From Thermoproteota archaeon (GTDB lineage Archaea > Korarchaeota > Korarchaeia > Korarchaeales > Korarchaeaceae): 23,220 bases of DNA. The stretch is from positions 1-23,220 of the forward strand of contig WALU01000057.1 in assembly GCA_015522685.1 (NCBI GenBank). Reading direction: 5' to 3'. A program made the position numbers and the translations under genes. Position 1 is the stretch's first letter; the number at the start of each line of letters is the position of its first letter. Positions 8,588 through 18,711 of this stretch are shown here, piece after piece. Under the pieces are notes generated by a model. The model saw only the letters and a program-made list of their open reading frames with translations. It did no database searches and was not told the origin of the DNA.

Positions 8588-9856
8588 TTAGATGAGCTTC
8601 TTGAGGTCCTTTATTTTGAGATCCTTTAGGATGGATCCTAGGATGCTTGGAGGATAATCACCAAGGCCTATCACTGAAGCCTTCTTCCTCGGCCATACGA
8701 CATCTGACTCTAAGGATACCTCATAGTAGAGGGTGAAGGATTTAGGCGCATTATTTACCCTCGCCTTCTCCCCTGGGAAAAGGACCTTGTTTATGGTTAT
8801 CTCCTGATCTCCTTGTGCTAGCTTCTCCACCTTTATTGGCCTATTCCAAGAATTCTTTATTGTAAGTTCCCCATTCCACTCTAAGGAGACATGTTCTCCC
8901 AGCTGGAGGGTTCTCCCAAATACCTGAACTATTGGCTCCGCTTTTATGAGCTTTCCATCTGAGACCTTAGCTATCATTTGTAGCCTGTAATCCACATCCA
9001 TTACGTAAAGGTACTTATCAGAGTACTCAGCCAGCACTCCCTGATAGAGCTTAATCTCTCCCTCTACATCATCTACTCTAACTGTGATCAATCTGCCTAT
9101 GCTGTTTTCCAGGAGAGGATCGTATGTTTGCGTTATGGCACTCTCTAATGTCTTTTTCTCCGCTTCTTCAAGTGATTTCTTAAGATTGGGGGGAATAATT
9201 GTTGTGATAGTTCCTGCCGTTGATGTTAGAGCAGATGCTATCTTGTCCTTGACGTAGCTCAGGGCATTATACGTTCTCCTCTTGGCTACTTTGATGAAAG
9301 GCCTGCTATATAATTCGCTTAGCTCCTTCCATCTTCTCTTTCTCTCCTCTTCGCCCATAAAGTCAACAAAACTAACTATCATCCAGAGATCATTAAGCTC
9401 GCTTGAGTATACCTTCCTAGACACAAGGCTAGGAGGAGACCATGGATTTACTCTTATATCCTTCTCGGTCAGTTTATCTTCAACGAGTTCGAACCTCTTA
9501 AGGTAGTTTAGTATGACTCTAGCCTTCTCCAAGAATCTCTCGTTCCCTGTTTCGTGGTAATTTTTCATGAGAAAGGCGACTAGTGAGAGGGGATTTTTCA
9601 TACCTTCTTTCATATAAAATATCTCAAAACCGCCACCTCCTCTAGGCAGGATATGTAGCTTTCCATAGTGAGCTTCTTTTCCTATGAAAACGAAGGTCTT
9701 TCTACCTTTGACGAGCTTTAGTACTCTATCCATGGAAAACATGTTTACTAAAGAAAATAGGAAAGATATTATCACACCTAGGACTATAAGATAGATAAGA
9801 GGTAATATCGACTGCAGAGTGGAGGAAAAAGATAGTGATTCCTGCATCAACAGCAC
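8588..9856 (-). CDS. Hypothetical protein with an N-terminal TM anchor
   Basis: 422-aa ORF with one N-terminal hydrophobic helix, 13 nt downstream of the S9 peptidase. ATG 9847, preceded by an AAGGTG SD, is an alternative start. Confidence 0.8.
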   Translation of the reverse strand: MLLMQESLSFSSTLQSILPLIYLIVLGVIISFLFSLVNMFSMDRVLKLVKGRKTFVFIGKEAHYGKLHILPRGGGGFEIFYMKEGMKNPLSLVAFLMKNYHETGNERFLEKARVILNYLKRFELVEDKLTEKDIRVNPWSPPSLVSRKVYSSELNDLWMIVSFVDFMGEEERKRRWKELSELYSRPFIKVAKRRTYNALSYVKDKIASALTSTAGTITTIIPPNLKKSLEEAEKKTLESAITQTYDPLLENSIGRLITVRVDDVEGEIKLYQGVLAEYSDKYLYVMDVDYRLQMIAKVSDGKLIKAEPIVQVFGRTLQLGEHVSLEWNGELTIKNSWNRPIKVEKLAQGDQEITINKVLFPGEKARVNNAPKSFTLYYEVSLESDVVWPRKKASVIGLGDYPPSILGSILKDLKIKDLKKLI

Positions 9857-9869
9857 CTTATCTACCGTT

Positions 9870-11750
9870 TTACTTTGACTTCAGATGATTATCCAGCCAT
9901 TCTATTATCTTCTCCAGCCTTATGATTCTATGTTTAGGCTTGCCCTTTCTGCTCAGATCATGATCCTCTTCAGGGAATAGGACAAGCTCTGTATCAATTC
10001 CTCTTGATTTTAAAGCCGTAAAAAGCTCTAAAGCCTGGCTCAGCCAACATCTATAGTCATCCAAGCTATGGATTATGAGTGTTGGGGTCTTAACCTTGTC
10101 AACATAGGTTATAGGACTCTTCTCCCAATAAACTTGAAAGTTCTCCCATGGAGTACCTCCTATATGCTCTGGGTTGAAGAAGAAGCCTATATCCGTCGTT
10201 CCATAATCACTTATCCAGTCACTTATGCTTCTCATTGTTATGGCAGCCTTGAACCTATCCGTATGCCCTATTATCCAGTTGGCCATGAAACCACCATAGC
10301 TCCCTCCCATTACTGCTAGCCTATCGGGGTCAGCTAGTCCCATCCCAATAACTTCATCTACAGCTTCCATCAGGTCCTGATAATCCCTCTCACCATAATG
10401 CTTTCTTATATCCCTGAATTCTTCTCCATAGCCCTCGCTTCCTCTTGGATTAGTGAATATGACAGCATAGCCCCTATCCCTGAGGAGGTAAAGCTCGTGC
10501 ATGAAGGCATAACCAAATGCTGTGGCTGGTCCTCCATGTATATATAGGACCGTCGGGAAGGGTGGTTCTCCATCATCAGGCCTCAAGATAAATCCTTCTA
10601 TCTTGACTCCATCGCTTGCTAAGAAGGAGAATCTATTTGGCTTAGGTAACTTCACTCTCTTATTAAATCCACCATTAAGATCTGTTAACTTGATTAACCT
10701 ATCTGCTAGCTCATAGATCTCTGCTGGTTTATCTATTCTCATTAAGTTGAGAACTATCCTCCCAGCCTTGGCATCAAAGCCTTCTATTGAGACGTCTTCG
10801 TTGATCAACTGTACCAGATTCCCATCGTTAGCATAAAGATGAACTGATGTTCCATCGTGTATTGTGAAATACCATTTTCCATTCATCCATTTAGGCCTCT
10901 GATCGCTTCCTCCCCTAACATCACTGTTTAAGCTATTTCCTAGACTTCTATTCATCGGAGATTTATCTTCAGGCCTCCAATTATCTATTGAAGTCTCATA
11001 GAGATGTTCATTGGTAGCAAGACCCCTTCTTCTATCATGTCCAACGATTCCTAGAACTCTTCCATTATTCCCCCAGTTAACAGATTGAAGGAACCAGTTG
11101 CCTGGCCCTATCTCATATCTATTGCTTCCATCCATGGAACTTATGAAGAGACTTACATCTAAAGGCTTTGATTTATCTTTTAGAGATAAAAAAGCCACCT
11201 TTTTACCATCAGGTGATGGCATGAAATCCTTAATGTACATTCCGTCCGGGGAGATCGGCCATTTCTCACCTGTATTCAGATCTATCCCATAAAGCCTGCT
11301 TACATACCAGTAGGTCCATCCCTTTCCATTCTTCCAGAAGGGGATCGTCTTTATTACCTTAACATCTTCTTCCTTATCTCCTTCATTTAATGCAGCAACT
11401 GCTATTCTTTCAGATGCCCATTCAGCTCTGCTTATTCCATTTTTCCACCTGAAGACAACTAGCTTTTCCCCATTCGGAGTGAACATTACAAGCTCATCCT
11501 CACTATCGCTCTTCCTGATGAAGATGAATCTCTTCCCCTGAGGCTCCCATGAAGGATCTCCGTCTCTTGGTCCTTCCGTAATGGGAATTGGTCTTTCACC
11601 AAGCTTCATACTCCATATTCTATAATCATACATGTTCTTATTAAGATCAGCCCTACCAGCGCGGAATGCAATGAATTCTCCATCGAATCTCAATTTAGGC
11701 GGACCTATAAGCACTACTCTAGAGAAATCATCCAGTTCGATGGATCGCAT
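9870..11750 (-). CDS. S9 family serine peptidase (acylaminoacyl/dipeptidyl peptidase, S9C-like)
   Basis: Beta-propeller-like N-terminus, IHGGP, NPRGSEGYG, the nucleophile motif GGSYGG, DYRC and catalytic His in EDHDL. Confidence 0.95.
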   Translation of the reverse strand: MRSIELDDFSRVVLIGPPKLRFDGEFIAFRAGRADLNKNMYDYRIWSMKLGERPIPITEGPRDGDPSWEPQGKRFIFIRKSDSEDELVMFTPNGEKLVVFRWKNGISRAEWASERIAVAALNEGDKEEDVKVIKTIPFWKNGKGWTYWYVSRLYGIDLNTGEKWPISPDGMYIKDFMPSPDGKKVAFLSLKDKSKPLDVSLFISSMDGSNRYEIGPGNWFLQSVNWGNNGRVLGIVGHDRRRGLATNEHLYETSIDNWRPEDKSPMNRSLGNSLNSDVRGGSDQRPKWMNGKWYFTIHDGTSVHLYANDGNLVQLINEDVSIEGFDAKAGRIVLNLMRIDKPAEIYELADRLIKLTDLNGGFNKRVKLPKPNRFSFLASDGVKIEGFILRPDDGEPPFPTVLYIHGGPATAFGYAFMHELYLLRDRGYAVIFTNPRGSEGYGEEFRDIRKHYGERDYQDLMEAVDEVIGMGLADPDRLAVMGGSYGGFMANWIIGHTDRFKAAITMRSISDWISDYGTTDIGFFFNPEHIGGTPWENFQVYWEKSPITYVDKVKTPTLIIHSLDDYRCWLSQALELFTALKSRGIDTELVLFPEEDHDLSRKGKPKHRIIRLEKIIEWLDNHLKSK

Positions 11751-11921
11751 GTGTCAAATTAGAAGAGGAGAGATTTAACGATATCCCTGCTTATGTTAGA
11801 TGTGATATGCAATATAATAATGCCTTTTCTATTATTGATTGACTTGGAAGACCTAAATCAATCTTTCAAGAGACTTACGACCTTGAGTTGTTATTGCAGA
11901 ATAGATAAATAAATGGGATGA

Positions 11922-12830
11922 CTATATAGACTCCTTCTCAGCTGTGAGGAAAGACCACACCAGTATAGTCGATATAAGCAGGAGGGAGATCCATGATGGC
12001 AGATCTATACCTAAAGCCGTTAGCAGGAAGGCAACACCTAGGTAGACTAGGTATATGGCTAAGCCTTTCCCTAAGTTCTTCAACTTCCTGACCCCATGCT
12101 CAAGCACGAAGTAGAGGGATCTGAGTCCAAGAATAGCCATTATGTTGGAAGTGTATGCTGCAAAGAATTCCCTCGTTATTGCCAGAACGGCTGGGACAGA
12201 GTCAAAGGCGAACATTATATCTGTCGTTTCTATAGCTAGAAGGACGAGAATCAGAGGAGTGAAGACGAGCCTGACCCCATTTCTGAGCATGAACCTATCA
12301 TCCTCATAATTAGAGGTCAGAGGGAGTATCCTCTTAGCCCACTGGACTATCTTATTTCTACTTGGATCTACGCTTTCAGCTCCCCCCTTGGCCATCTTGT
12401 AGCCGGAGTAAAGTAGTATAGTCCCAAAGATGTAAGTCATCCATTGATACCGCTCCAAGAGGGCGACTCCCACCAAGATGAAAGAAGCTCTGAATATTGC
12501 AGCGAATACTATGCCTAGAAGTAGGGTGAAGGGTCTAGATCTATAAGGAACTGAGAAATATGTGAATATCGCTAGAAAGACGAAAATGTTGTCCATTGAG
12601 AGGGAATATTCTGTTACATAGGCTGTTATGTACTTAACAAATTCTCCAATTCCATACCTATTATATACGAAAAATGAGAAGGCTAGTCCTATTGATACCC
12701 ATATGGTCACCCACTTCATGCTGTCCCTGAAGGACATCTTGGCCTTCTTGTAATGTCTAAGATCTATAATTAAGAACACAGCAATCACTGTGTGAAAGGA
12801 TATCCAGAAGATGGGTGAGGTTATTTCCAT
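11922..12830 (-). CDS. TerC/Alx family metal-homeostasis membrane protein
   Basis: Motifs EYSLSMDNIFVF, IETTDIMFAFDSVPA and SNIMAILGLRSLYF. Confidence 0.93.
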   Translation of the reverse strand: MEITSPIFWISFHTVIAVFLIIDLRHYKKAKMSFRDSMKWVTIWVSIGLAFSFFVYNRYGIGEFVKYITAYVTEYSLSMDNIFVFLAIFTYFSVPYRSRPFTLLLGIVFAAIFRASFILVGVALLERYQWMTYIFGTILLYSGYKMAKGGAESVDPSRNKIVQWAKRILPLTSNYEDDRFMLRNGVRLVFTPLILVLLAIETTDIMFAFDSVPAVLAITREFFAAYTSNIMAILGLRSLYFVLEHGVRKLKNLGKGLAIYLVYLGVAFLLTALGIDLPSWISLLLISTILVWSFLTAEKESI

Positions 12831-12982
12831 TCACACCAACGATGCCTCTGATATACCATTAAAAACTTGTTTTTATTCAGATATAAAGAAGGGCTCTCTA
12901 TTAATTCCAGTTCTCGTTCTCATAGGAGGATATATATGTGAGTGAGATTATAAAGCTAGGACACTTAGAGGCATGATGTAAA

Positions 12983-13525
12983 ATGGAGAAAGAGGAACTA
13001 AGAAAGAGAATAAGGAGACTCCTTGGATCGCTAATAAAGCTCATTTTAGTACTATTTACTTTAACTATATTAGATGCTATATTTGGTGGCTTAACATTCA
13101 CATTCTTTGGCTTTCAAACAGATACTTCAGAGGTTCTAGGGACAATTAGGCTGGTAGCTATAGTATATTATGGATACTGGATACTTAAAGATTCCCTTTT
13201 CTTCTTAGATATACTTACCGACGTTCTAGCCAAGAGGTTCAATTTAGGCAGCTCTGGAAATCTTAGAAGGATTGGGCTGGACTTTCTCTATCTTATCTCC
13301 TTAGGCTTGGGGTGGTTCGCTTTTTCTCCCTTTCTTAAGCTAGTCCCAGACATAGCTATCAGAGCTCTTGCCTTAATATTCCTTCTACTGGCAATAGTGT
13401 TCCTTTATGATCTAGTTAAGACAGTGTATTCCATTCTGAGGATGAGTTATGAATCGCTCATAGACGCTCTATCTGATATTATAGGAAGGCTTACTGAATC
13501 AGAGAAATCCAAAGATAAGCATTAG
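12983..13525 (+). CDS. Hypothetical 4-TM membrane protein
   Basis: 180-aa ORF with four hydrophobic segments and a TTATAAA TATA box upstream; its 3' end overlaps the convergent gene. Confidence 0.75.
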   Translation: MEKEELRKRIRRLLGSLIKLILVLFTLTILDAIFGGLTFTFFGFQTDTSEVLGTIRLVAIVYYGYWILKDSLFFLDILTDVLAKRFNLGSSGNLRRIGLDFLYLISLGLGWFAFSPFLKLVPDIAIRALALIFLLLAIVFLYDLVKTVYSILRMSYESLIDALSDIIGRLTESEKSKDKH

Positions 13526-14770
13526 ATAAAACTCGCTTATCAATAGATGGAGGAGAGTTAGAGGAGCGCTATATCTCGTGAACTCCATGGGAGAAATCCC
13601 TTCTTCTCTCTGTAGTATGCTAGAAGCAACTAGAGATGGAGGAGATGCGAAGTAGGTCAGATTGCCTCCTATATTCGAGCCTAGAGCTACAGCGAAGGCA
13701 AAAGCCCTACCTCCTAGGCCTGAGGGAAGGGCCTTTAGGAGAGATGCGAAGGTAAGGGCTACGGGAATGTTATCAACGAAACCGCTCATCAGCCCGGAAG
13801 TCCATAGGACAACTGTGAGGAACGTGAGGGGGACCGCGTACACCCCTTTAAGCATTATAGATGCATATTTAAGTAATCCAGCTGATTCTACTCCTCCTAC
13901 AACCACATAGAAGGATGCTAGGAAGAAGACAGTTGACCAATCAACATTTGAGAATATGTTATCTGGGTCAGCTCCTCCCAGCCAAAGCATGAAAGCCGCC
14001 ATTAGAAAGGCAACCAAATCCATAGGAAGCTTGGGAAGGTTAAGTACTATTAAGATCAAGAAAGCTAGGAAGATAAATGATGCTCTCAGGAGCTTCCCTC
14101 TCTCAAATGGTTTAGTAGGTTCAATACGAGCAGATACCTCCTCTTTGTAGAGATCTCCGCTAATGATTCCTATAAGTGCAGTTACGCCCGTTAAGATGAG
14201 TGAAAGAGGTAAGGCATAAAACATGAATTCGTTGAAGTTTATCCCGAAGTTAAGCGCCACTATGAGATTTGGTATACTGCTGATCATCAGGCCCATGGCT
14301 CCACTGTTGCATATTACTGCCTCATAGACTATCCATTTCTTAACGTTCAGTCCAAGCTTATCCTTTAGTGATGTTGTCATGGCCCCCATTATGAGCATGG
14401 CTGGAAAGTTCGCCAAGAATAGAGTGACCGCTAGTGTAAGAAACATGAAGGAGATAAAGAGGAGATCTCTTCTTTTAGCTAAAGTTTTCGCCACAGCTAT
14501 GCCCATTGCCTGAAAGAGACCTGATTCTGATAGCCCTTCCACTAGTATGAGAACGCCGACTATGAATAGGAGGGTATGCCAGTCTATGAAATTAAACACG
14601 GAGTTAGGATCGAATAGATGATAGACGTAGGCACCGAAGTAGACCATTAGGGCTGCCGAAATCATTGCAGATGTTGCTCTATGATACTTCTCGGTTATGA
14701 GGAGGAGTATTGATAGGAGGAAGACTCCGAGGACTGCTAGCTGGGGGTCAGTCAGTTGGATCCAATTCAT
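13499..14770 (-). CDS. ArsB/NhaD (IT superfamily, P-protein/SLC13-like) permease
   Basis: Motifs IDWHTLLF, SIPNL, VDWSTVFF, SGFVDNIP and GSNIGGNLTYFAS; about 12 TM segments. Confidence 0.88.
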   Translation of the reverse strand: MNWIQLTDPQLAVLGVFLLSILLLITEKYHRATSAMISAALMVYFGAYVYHLFDPNSVFNFIDWHTLLFIVGVLILVEGLSESGLFQAMGIAVAKTLAKRRDLLFISFMFLTLAVTLFLANFPAMLIMGAMTTSLKDKLGLNVKKWIVYEAVICNSGAMGLMISSIPNLIVALNFGINFNEFMFYALPLSLILTGVTALIGIISGDLYKEEVSARIEPTKPFERGKLLRASFIFLAFLILIVLNLPKLPMDLVAFLMAAFMLWLGGADPDNIFSNVDWSTVFFLASFYVVVGGVESAGLLKYASIMLKGVYAVPLTFLTVVLWTSGLMSGFVDNIPVALTFASLLKALPSGLGGRAFAFAVALGSNIGGNLTYFASPPSLVASSILQREEGISPMEFTRYSAPLTLLHLLISEFYLMLIFGFL

Positions 14771-15080
14771 CCTTACCAGCCATTTCCTCAGCTAGTTCAT
14801 TCACTTTCCCAATGAACCCCTTGTTGTCCTCCAACTTTCTTACATTATCTGGGGAGAGCTTTACTGGGAGTACTAAAACAAAGGATCCCTCTTCTTTGCT
14901 TTTTATATATAGAAAGACGAGTTTCTCCAGCCTTTCCCTAAAATCAGGATCATCTGGTAGCTTAGCATGATCCTTAAGACTTACTCCTTCAGGCTTATAT
15001 ATCTTGAGCCTCACAAATGGCCTTATTACCTTCTCCATCTCATCTTTTAGCGTCTCAAATCGCTCTAATCTCTTGCTCAT
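14748..15080 (-). CDS. Hypothetical soluble protein, translationally coupled to the permease
   Basis: 110-aa charged ORF with a TTTATA box upstream, overlapping the permease start by 23 nt. Confidence 0.7.
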   Translation of the reverse strand: MSKRLERFETLKDEMEKVIRPFVRLKIYKPEGVSLKDHAKLPDDPDFRERLEKLVFLYIKSKEEGSFVLVLPVKLSPDNVRKLEDNKGFIGKVNELAEEMAGKDELDPTD

Positions 15081-15195
15081 GCAGGGAATGTAATCCTGAG
15101 AACCTATAAAGATATTTATTTATTTATCCCCCTTCTCTTCTCATCGCCAGCTAGAATTGGAGGATTAATTCAAAGTAAAGAAGGGAGGTTATCCT

Positions 15196-16194
15196 ATGAA
15201 GGGGAAGGAGGTACCATATGGAATAACTGGTCGCATCCTCATAGATATGAAGAAACGCCTTTACCTTTACGTAGCGTTGGATATAATAGTAGCCACAATT
15301 CTAGGAAGCCAAATCACCGTTCAAAAAGGCATAATGAAACCGATAAGCATAATCGCAGTTTTTCTCATGCTCTATCCTATGATGATCAGGCTCGCCGTCG
15401 AGAAACTTAGGTCTTCTACTAAGAATTACAAGCTATTAGGGGCTTCTCTTCTCTATGCCTACGGAATAGGGCCATTAATTGCTTATGCTGTAGCTAAGTT
15501 GATGCTAGAGCCATTTCCAGAGCTATATGCCGCTCTAATACTCGTTGGCACAATTCCCTGCAGCAACATGCTCATAGGATGGTCTGGGATCGCTGGAGCC
15601 AGTGTTGAGGATGCTCTGATAGTTGCCGTCATAGGTCTTTTATCCATCCCTTTCCTCTCTCCATTGCTAACAAAATTTCTTTTGGGCTCTGAACTTCAGA
15701 TAGATCTACTCAAACTATTTCTGGCCCTCTTGCTTTATATACTAGTTCCCCTCATCCTAGGATATTATACGAGGAATCTTATGATAAAGAGAAAGGGGAT
15801 AGAATACTTTAATTCCCTCAAGATAGTGCTGCCAGGACTTTCCTCCCTAGGAATACTCCTCATAGTATTCATAGCTTCTCTTAAGGCTGCCAAGATAATC
15901 ATACAGTATCCCATAGTGATAGTTATGATAATTATATCCCTCTTATCTTTCTACGTCATTCAAACGATTTTAGCCCTCGCTGGGCTCAAAATACTCAAGT
16001 TCAAGTATGAGACAGGCTTCATCTTCCTCCTAGCAGCAGTTGCTAGATCTCAAGCCATATCCCTAGCAGTGGCTGCCACTTTCTTCTCAGCCCTGACTAC
16101 GCTCGCCATATCGTTCAAACCTATTCTGCAGGTTGCTTACATACTCATGCTCATCTATCCAATGGGCAATTGGCTGAAAAGATATATGAGATAA
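15196..16194 (+). CDS. Acr3/SBF (arsenite efflux or bile acid:Na+ symporter-like) transporter
   Basis: MLYPMM, the Acr3-type conserved Cys in GTIPCSNMLIGW, YILVPLILG and about 10 TM segments; SD GGAGGT at 15184-15189. Confidence 0.82.
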   Translation: MKGKEVPYGITGRILIDMKKRLYLYVALDIIVATILGSQITVQKGIMKPISIIAVFLMLYPMMIRLAVEKLRSSTKNYKLLGASLLYAYGIGPLIAYAVAKLMLEPFPELYAALILVGTIPCSNMLIGWSGIAGASVEDALIVAVIGLLSIPFLSPLLTKFLLGSELQIDLLKLFLALLLYILVPLILGYYTRNLMIKRKGIEYFNSLKIVLPGLSSLGILLIVFIASLKAAKIIIQYPIVIVMIIISLLSFYVIQTILALAGLKILKFKYETGFIFLLAAVARSQAISLAVAATFFSALTTLAISFKPILQVAYILMLIYPMGNWLKRYMR

Positions 16195-16195
16195 T

Positions 16196-17185
16196 TCATT
16201 TCACCAAAAACCATCTTTTCGGCTTTATCTCAAAGGTCTCCTTAGGAATCGATGAGAGCCATATCTCAAACTGCGAGCCCCATCCATCTCTAACCATCAC
16301 CCTATATCCAGATCGATGCCTCGATGAGGCCGTTACCTTAACCTTGATTCCAGGACCTATCTCCACATCTTCTGGGTAAAATCCTATTCTGATCGCTTGC
16401 AGCCCCTTTCTATACAGTACGGTAAGGTTTTCCAAGGAGTAAAGGCCTCCATCTCTCTCCTTCAGCTCTATTATGTTCGCTCCTAAGAAGCGAGCTACGA
16501 ACTCATCTCTGGGATTAGTAACAACTTCGCTCACACTTCCCTCCCTCACTATCCTGCCGTCTTTCATCACAGCAAGTCTTTCAGCTAGGGACATTGCCTC
16601 CACTTGATCGTGGGTGACATGAAGGGCAGTGAATCTCCTCTCAACCCATAGCCTCTTTAGTTCCCAGAGGAGCTCTTCCTTCAATTTGGCATCCAGAGAA
16701 CCGAATGGCTCATCCAACAAGAGTATATCTGGATTTGGGGCCAATGCTCTGGCTATTGCTACCCTCTGCTGCTGTCCTCCTGAGAGCTGATGAGGATACC
16801 TGCTTTCCAAACCCTTAAGCTTCAAAATCTCGATGAATTCCTTGGCTATTCTTATTGACTCCTTCCTGCTTAGTCCTCTGGCCTCTAATCCGAACATGAC
16901 GTTTTCCAGAACTGTCATATGTGGGAAGAGAGCTAGATCTTGAAACACCATACCAACATTTCTAACGGAGCTTGGAAGCTGGGTTACGTCCCTACCACTG
17001 AACATTACTTTACCGGAATCAGGAGTTTCCAAGCCAGCTATTATCCTGAGGAGAGTCGTCTTTCCGCTCCCACTTGGGCCTACTACAGCCATTATTATGC
17101 CATTAGGGATGAACAAGTTGACTCCGTTGAGAGCTACCGTTTCTCCAAATCTCTTACTAATGTTGATCACTCTGATCTCAGCCAT
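16196..17185 (-). CDS. thiQ: ABC transporter ATP-binding protein (thiamine/iron/polyamine class), probable ThiQ
   Basis: Walker A GPSGSGKTT, signature LSGGQQQRVA, Walker B LLLDEP and HVTHD; overlaps the ThiP-like permease. Confidence 0.8.
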   Translation of the reverse strand: MAEIRVINISKRFGETVALNGVNLFIPNGIIMAVVGPSGSGKTTLLRIIAGLETPDSGKVMFSGRDVTQLPSSVRNVGMVFQDLALFPHMTVLENVMFGLEARGLSRKESIRIAKEFIEILKLKGLESRYPHQLSGGQQQRVAIARALAPNPDILLLDEPFGSLDAKLKEELLWELKRLWVERRFTALHVTHDQVEAMSLAERLAVMKDGRIVREGSVSEVVTNPRDEFVARFLGANIIELKERDGGLYSLENLTVLYRKGLQAIRIGFYPEDVEIGPGIKVKVTASSRHRSGYRVMVRDGWGSQFEIWLSSIPKETFEIKPKRWFLVK

Positions 17186-18711
17186 AGTAAACCTACCTCT
17201 ATTCTAGACTTCACCAAGAGGAAGGTCCATGTAAGTATCATAATGATGAACGATGCTGCAGCAGCCAACTGAAACCTCCTCGCTCCTGAATATCTTAAAG
17301 CAGCTACTGTTAACGTTAATGTTTCAGGGGTTGCTAGGAGAGTGGATGCAGATGTTTCAGATAACGATATTGCTAAGGAATAGAAGGCTGCAGATAGAAC
17401 TACTGGAAGAGCTGCTGGAAGCAGCACCTTGAATATAGCATCTAGCCTGCTGGCTCCCAAAGTTTCAGCTGCATCCATGAGATGCGACGATATACCAGAT
17501 ACACCTGATTCGAGGGATCTTATAGCAAAGGGAAAGGCTATGAGGACATGGCTCATTACTATGGCGATCCATCCCGGAATTCCCAGCTCCGAGCTGAACA
17601 GGAATAGTCCAAGAGCCAAGGTAATGGAGGAAGTTCCAAGAGGAAGTATAGATAGATCTCTAGCCAGTTTTCTAGCTTTATTGGATAGGAGAATGAGGGA
17701 GGATAACGTCAGAACTATTAGAGCTGTCATGAATGCAAAAAATAGGCTGTTAAGCAAGGGTCTAATGGTAGAAACTCCTAAAATAGGATCATATCTAGGA
17801 ATGAGGAAATCTAGATAGACTAGGGGGTCAAACTTCCCCGTGTAGGGGCTAAATATTGACTTAAGGAAAAGGTATCCTATAGGATAAAGTGCTACTACAG
17901 ATAGGGTATATGGAATGATCAGCAATGGTAGGAGGGATTTTGGTAGGATTCTCCTCCTCCTGAGTTCCATGGCCCTAGCCAGTTTAGCTCTCCTACTCAT
18001 GAGGATGGAGAGCAGGAAGGTTACGATCAGCTGTAGAATGGCGGCAGCTGAAGCCTTACCTTCATCGAGGAATATCTTGTACAGCGAGTATATTTCGACT
18101 TCCAGCGTTCTGGAGCCAGGACCTCCAAGCAGAAGGGGTACTGCAAAACTAGCAAAGCTTAAAGTGAATGTGAGGATGAACCCGTAGCTCACCCCCCTTA
18201 AGCTGAGGGGGAGTATTATCTTCCTCCATTTCATCCATTTCGAGGCCCCAAGAACATCAGCAGCTTCCTCTATTCTCTTTCCAACCGTTAATAGAGAAGA
18301 TGAGATCATTTGAGCGCAGAAACCGAAGTTGAAATAGGCATTCGCTAGAGAGATGGCCAGTAGGCCCGGTGTTAGAAGGCCTACCCTCACCATCAGGAGG
18401 AAAGCAAGAGCAACGGAGATTGTGGGCATAGTGAATGGAACTAAGGTAGCCATTTCAACGATACGCCTCCCTGGATAATCATACGTTGCGTTTAGGTAAC
18501 CTAGCGGTATAGCTAGAGCTATTGCCATCAAAGATGCGAGGATAGCCTCCTCCAAGGAGAATACGATGGCTGATTGTATGGATGGATCAGCAAGGGTATC
18601 TACTAGATGAGGAATTCCCATCCCTAAGAGGGGCACTATTATGAGAGTCCAGATTACCGGTATGATGAGGGAGGAGATGAGAGCCGATAAGCGATCCCAC
18701 CTCCTCCCCAT
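17167..18711 (-). CDS. thiP: Double-domain ABC permease, ThiP-like
   Basis: Motifs YPGRR...PFTMP, LANAYFN, two EAA loops (EEAADVLGAS, DAAETLGAS), LLLGGP..TLEVEIY and SHVLIAFPF. Start is probably ATG 18711 with a GGTGA SD. Confidence 0.82.
   Translation of the reverse strand: MGRRWDRLSALISSLIIPVIWTLIIVPLLGMGIPHLVDTLADPSIQSAIVFSLEEAILASLMAIALAIPLGYLNATYDYPGRRIVEMATLVPFTMPTISVALAFLLMVRVGLLTPGLLAISLANAYFNFGFCAQMISSSLLTVGKRIEEAADVLGASKWMKWRKIILPLSLRGVSYGFILTFTLSFASFAVPLLLGGPGSRTLEVEIYSLYKIFLDEGKASAAAILQLIVTFLLSILMSRRAKLARAMELRRRRILPKSLLPLLIIPYTLSVVALYPIGYLFLKSIFSPYTGKFDPLVYLDFLIPRYDPILGVSTIRPLLNSLFFAFMTALIVLTLSSLILLSNKARKLARDLSILPLGTSSITLALGLFLFSSELGIPGWIAIVMSHVLIAFPFAIRSLESGVSGISSHLMDAAETLGASRLDAIFKVLLPAALPVVLSAAFYSLAISLSETSASTLLATPETLTLTVAALRYSGARRFQLAAAASFIIMILTWTFLLVKSRIEVGLLWLRSE

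Noticed and set aside
12831-12982. Searched for a yybP-ykoY (Mn2+) riboswitch upstream of terC/alx
   Set aside because: The leader is short and AT-rich with a TATA box close to the start, and no aptamer structure is visible.
15207-15226. Second SD plus ATG-GAA-TAA mini-ORF inside the 5' end of the Acr3-like gene
   Set aside because: It is explainable by the KEVPYGI codons, and there is no evidence of a regulatory role.
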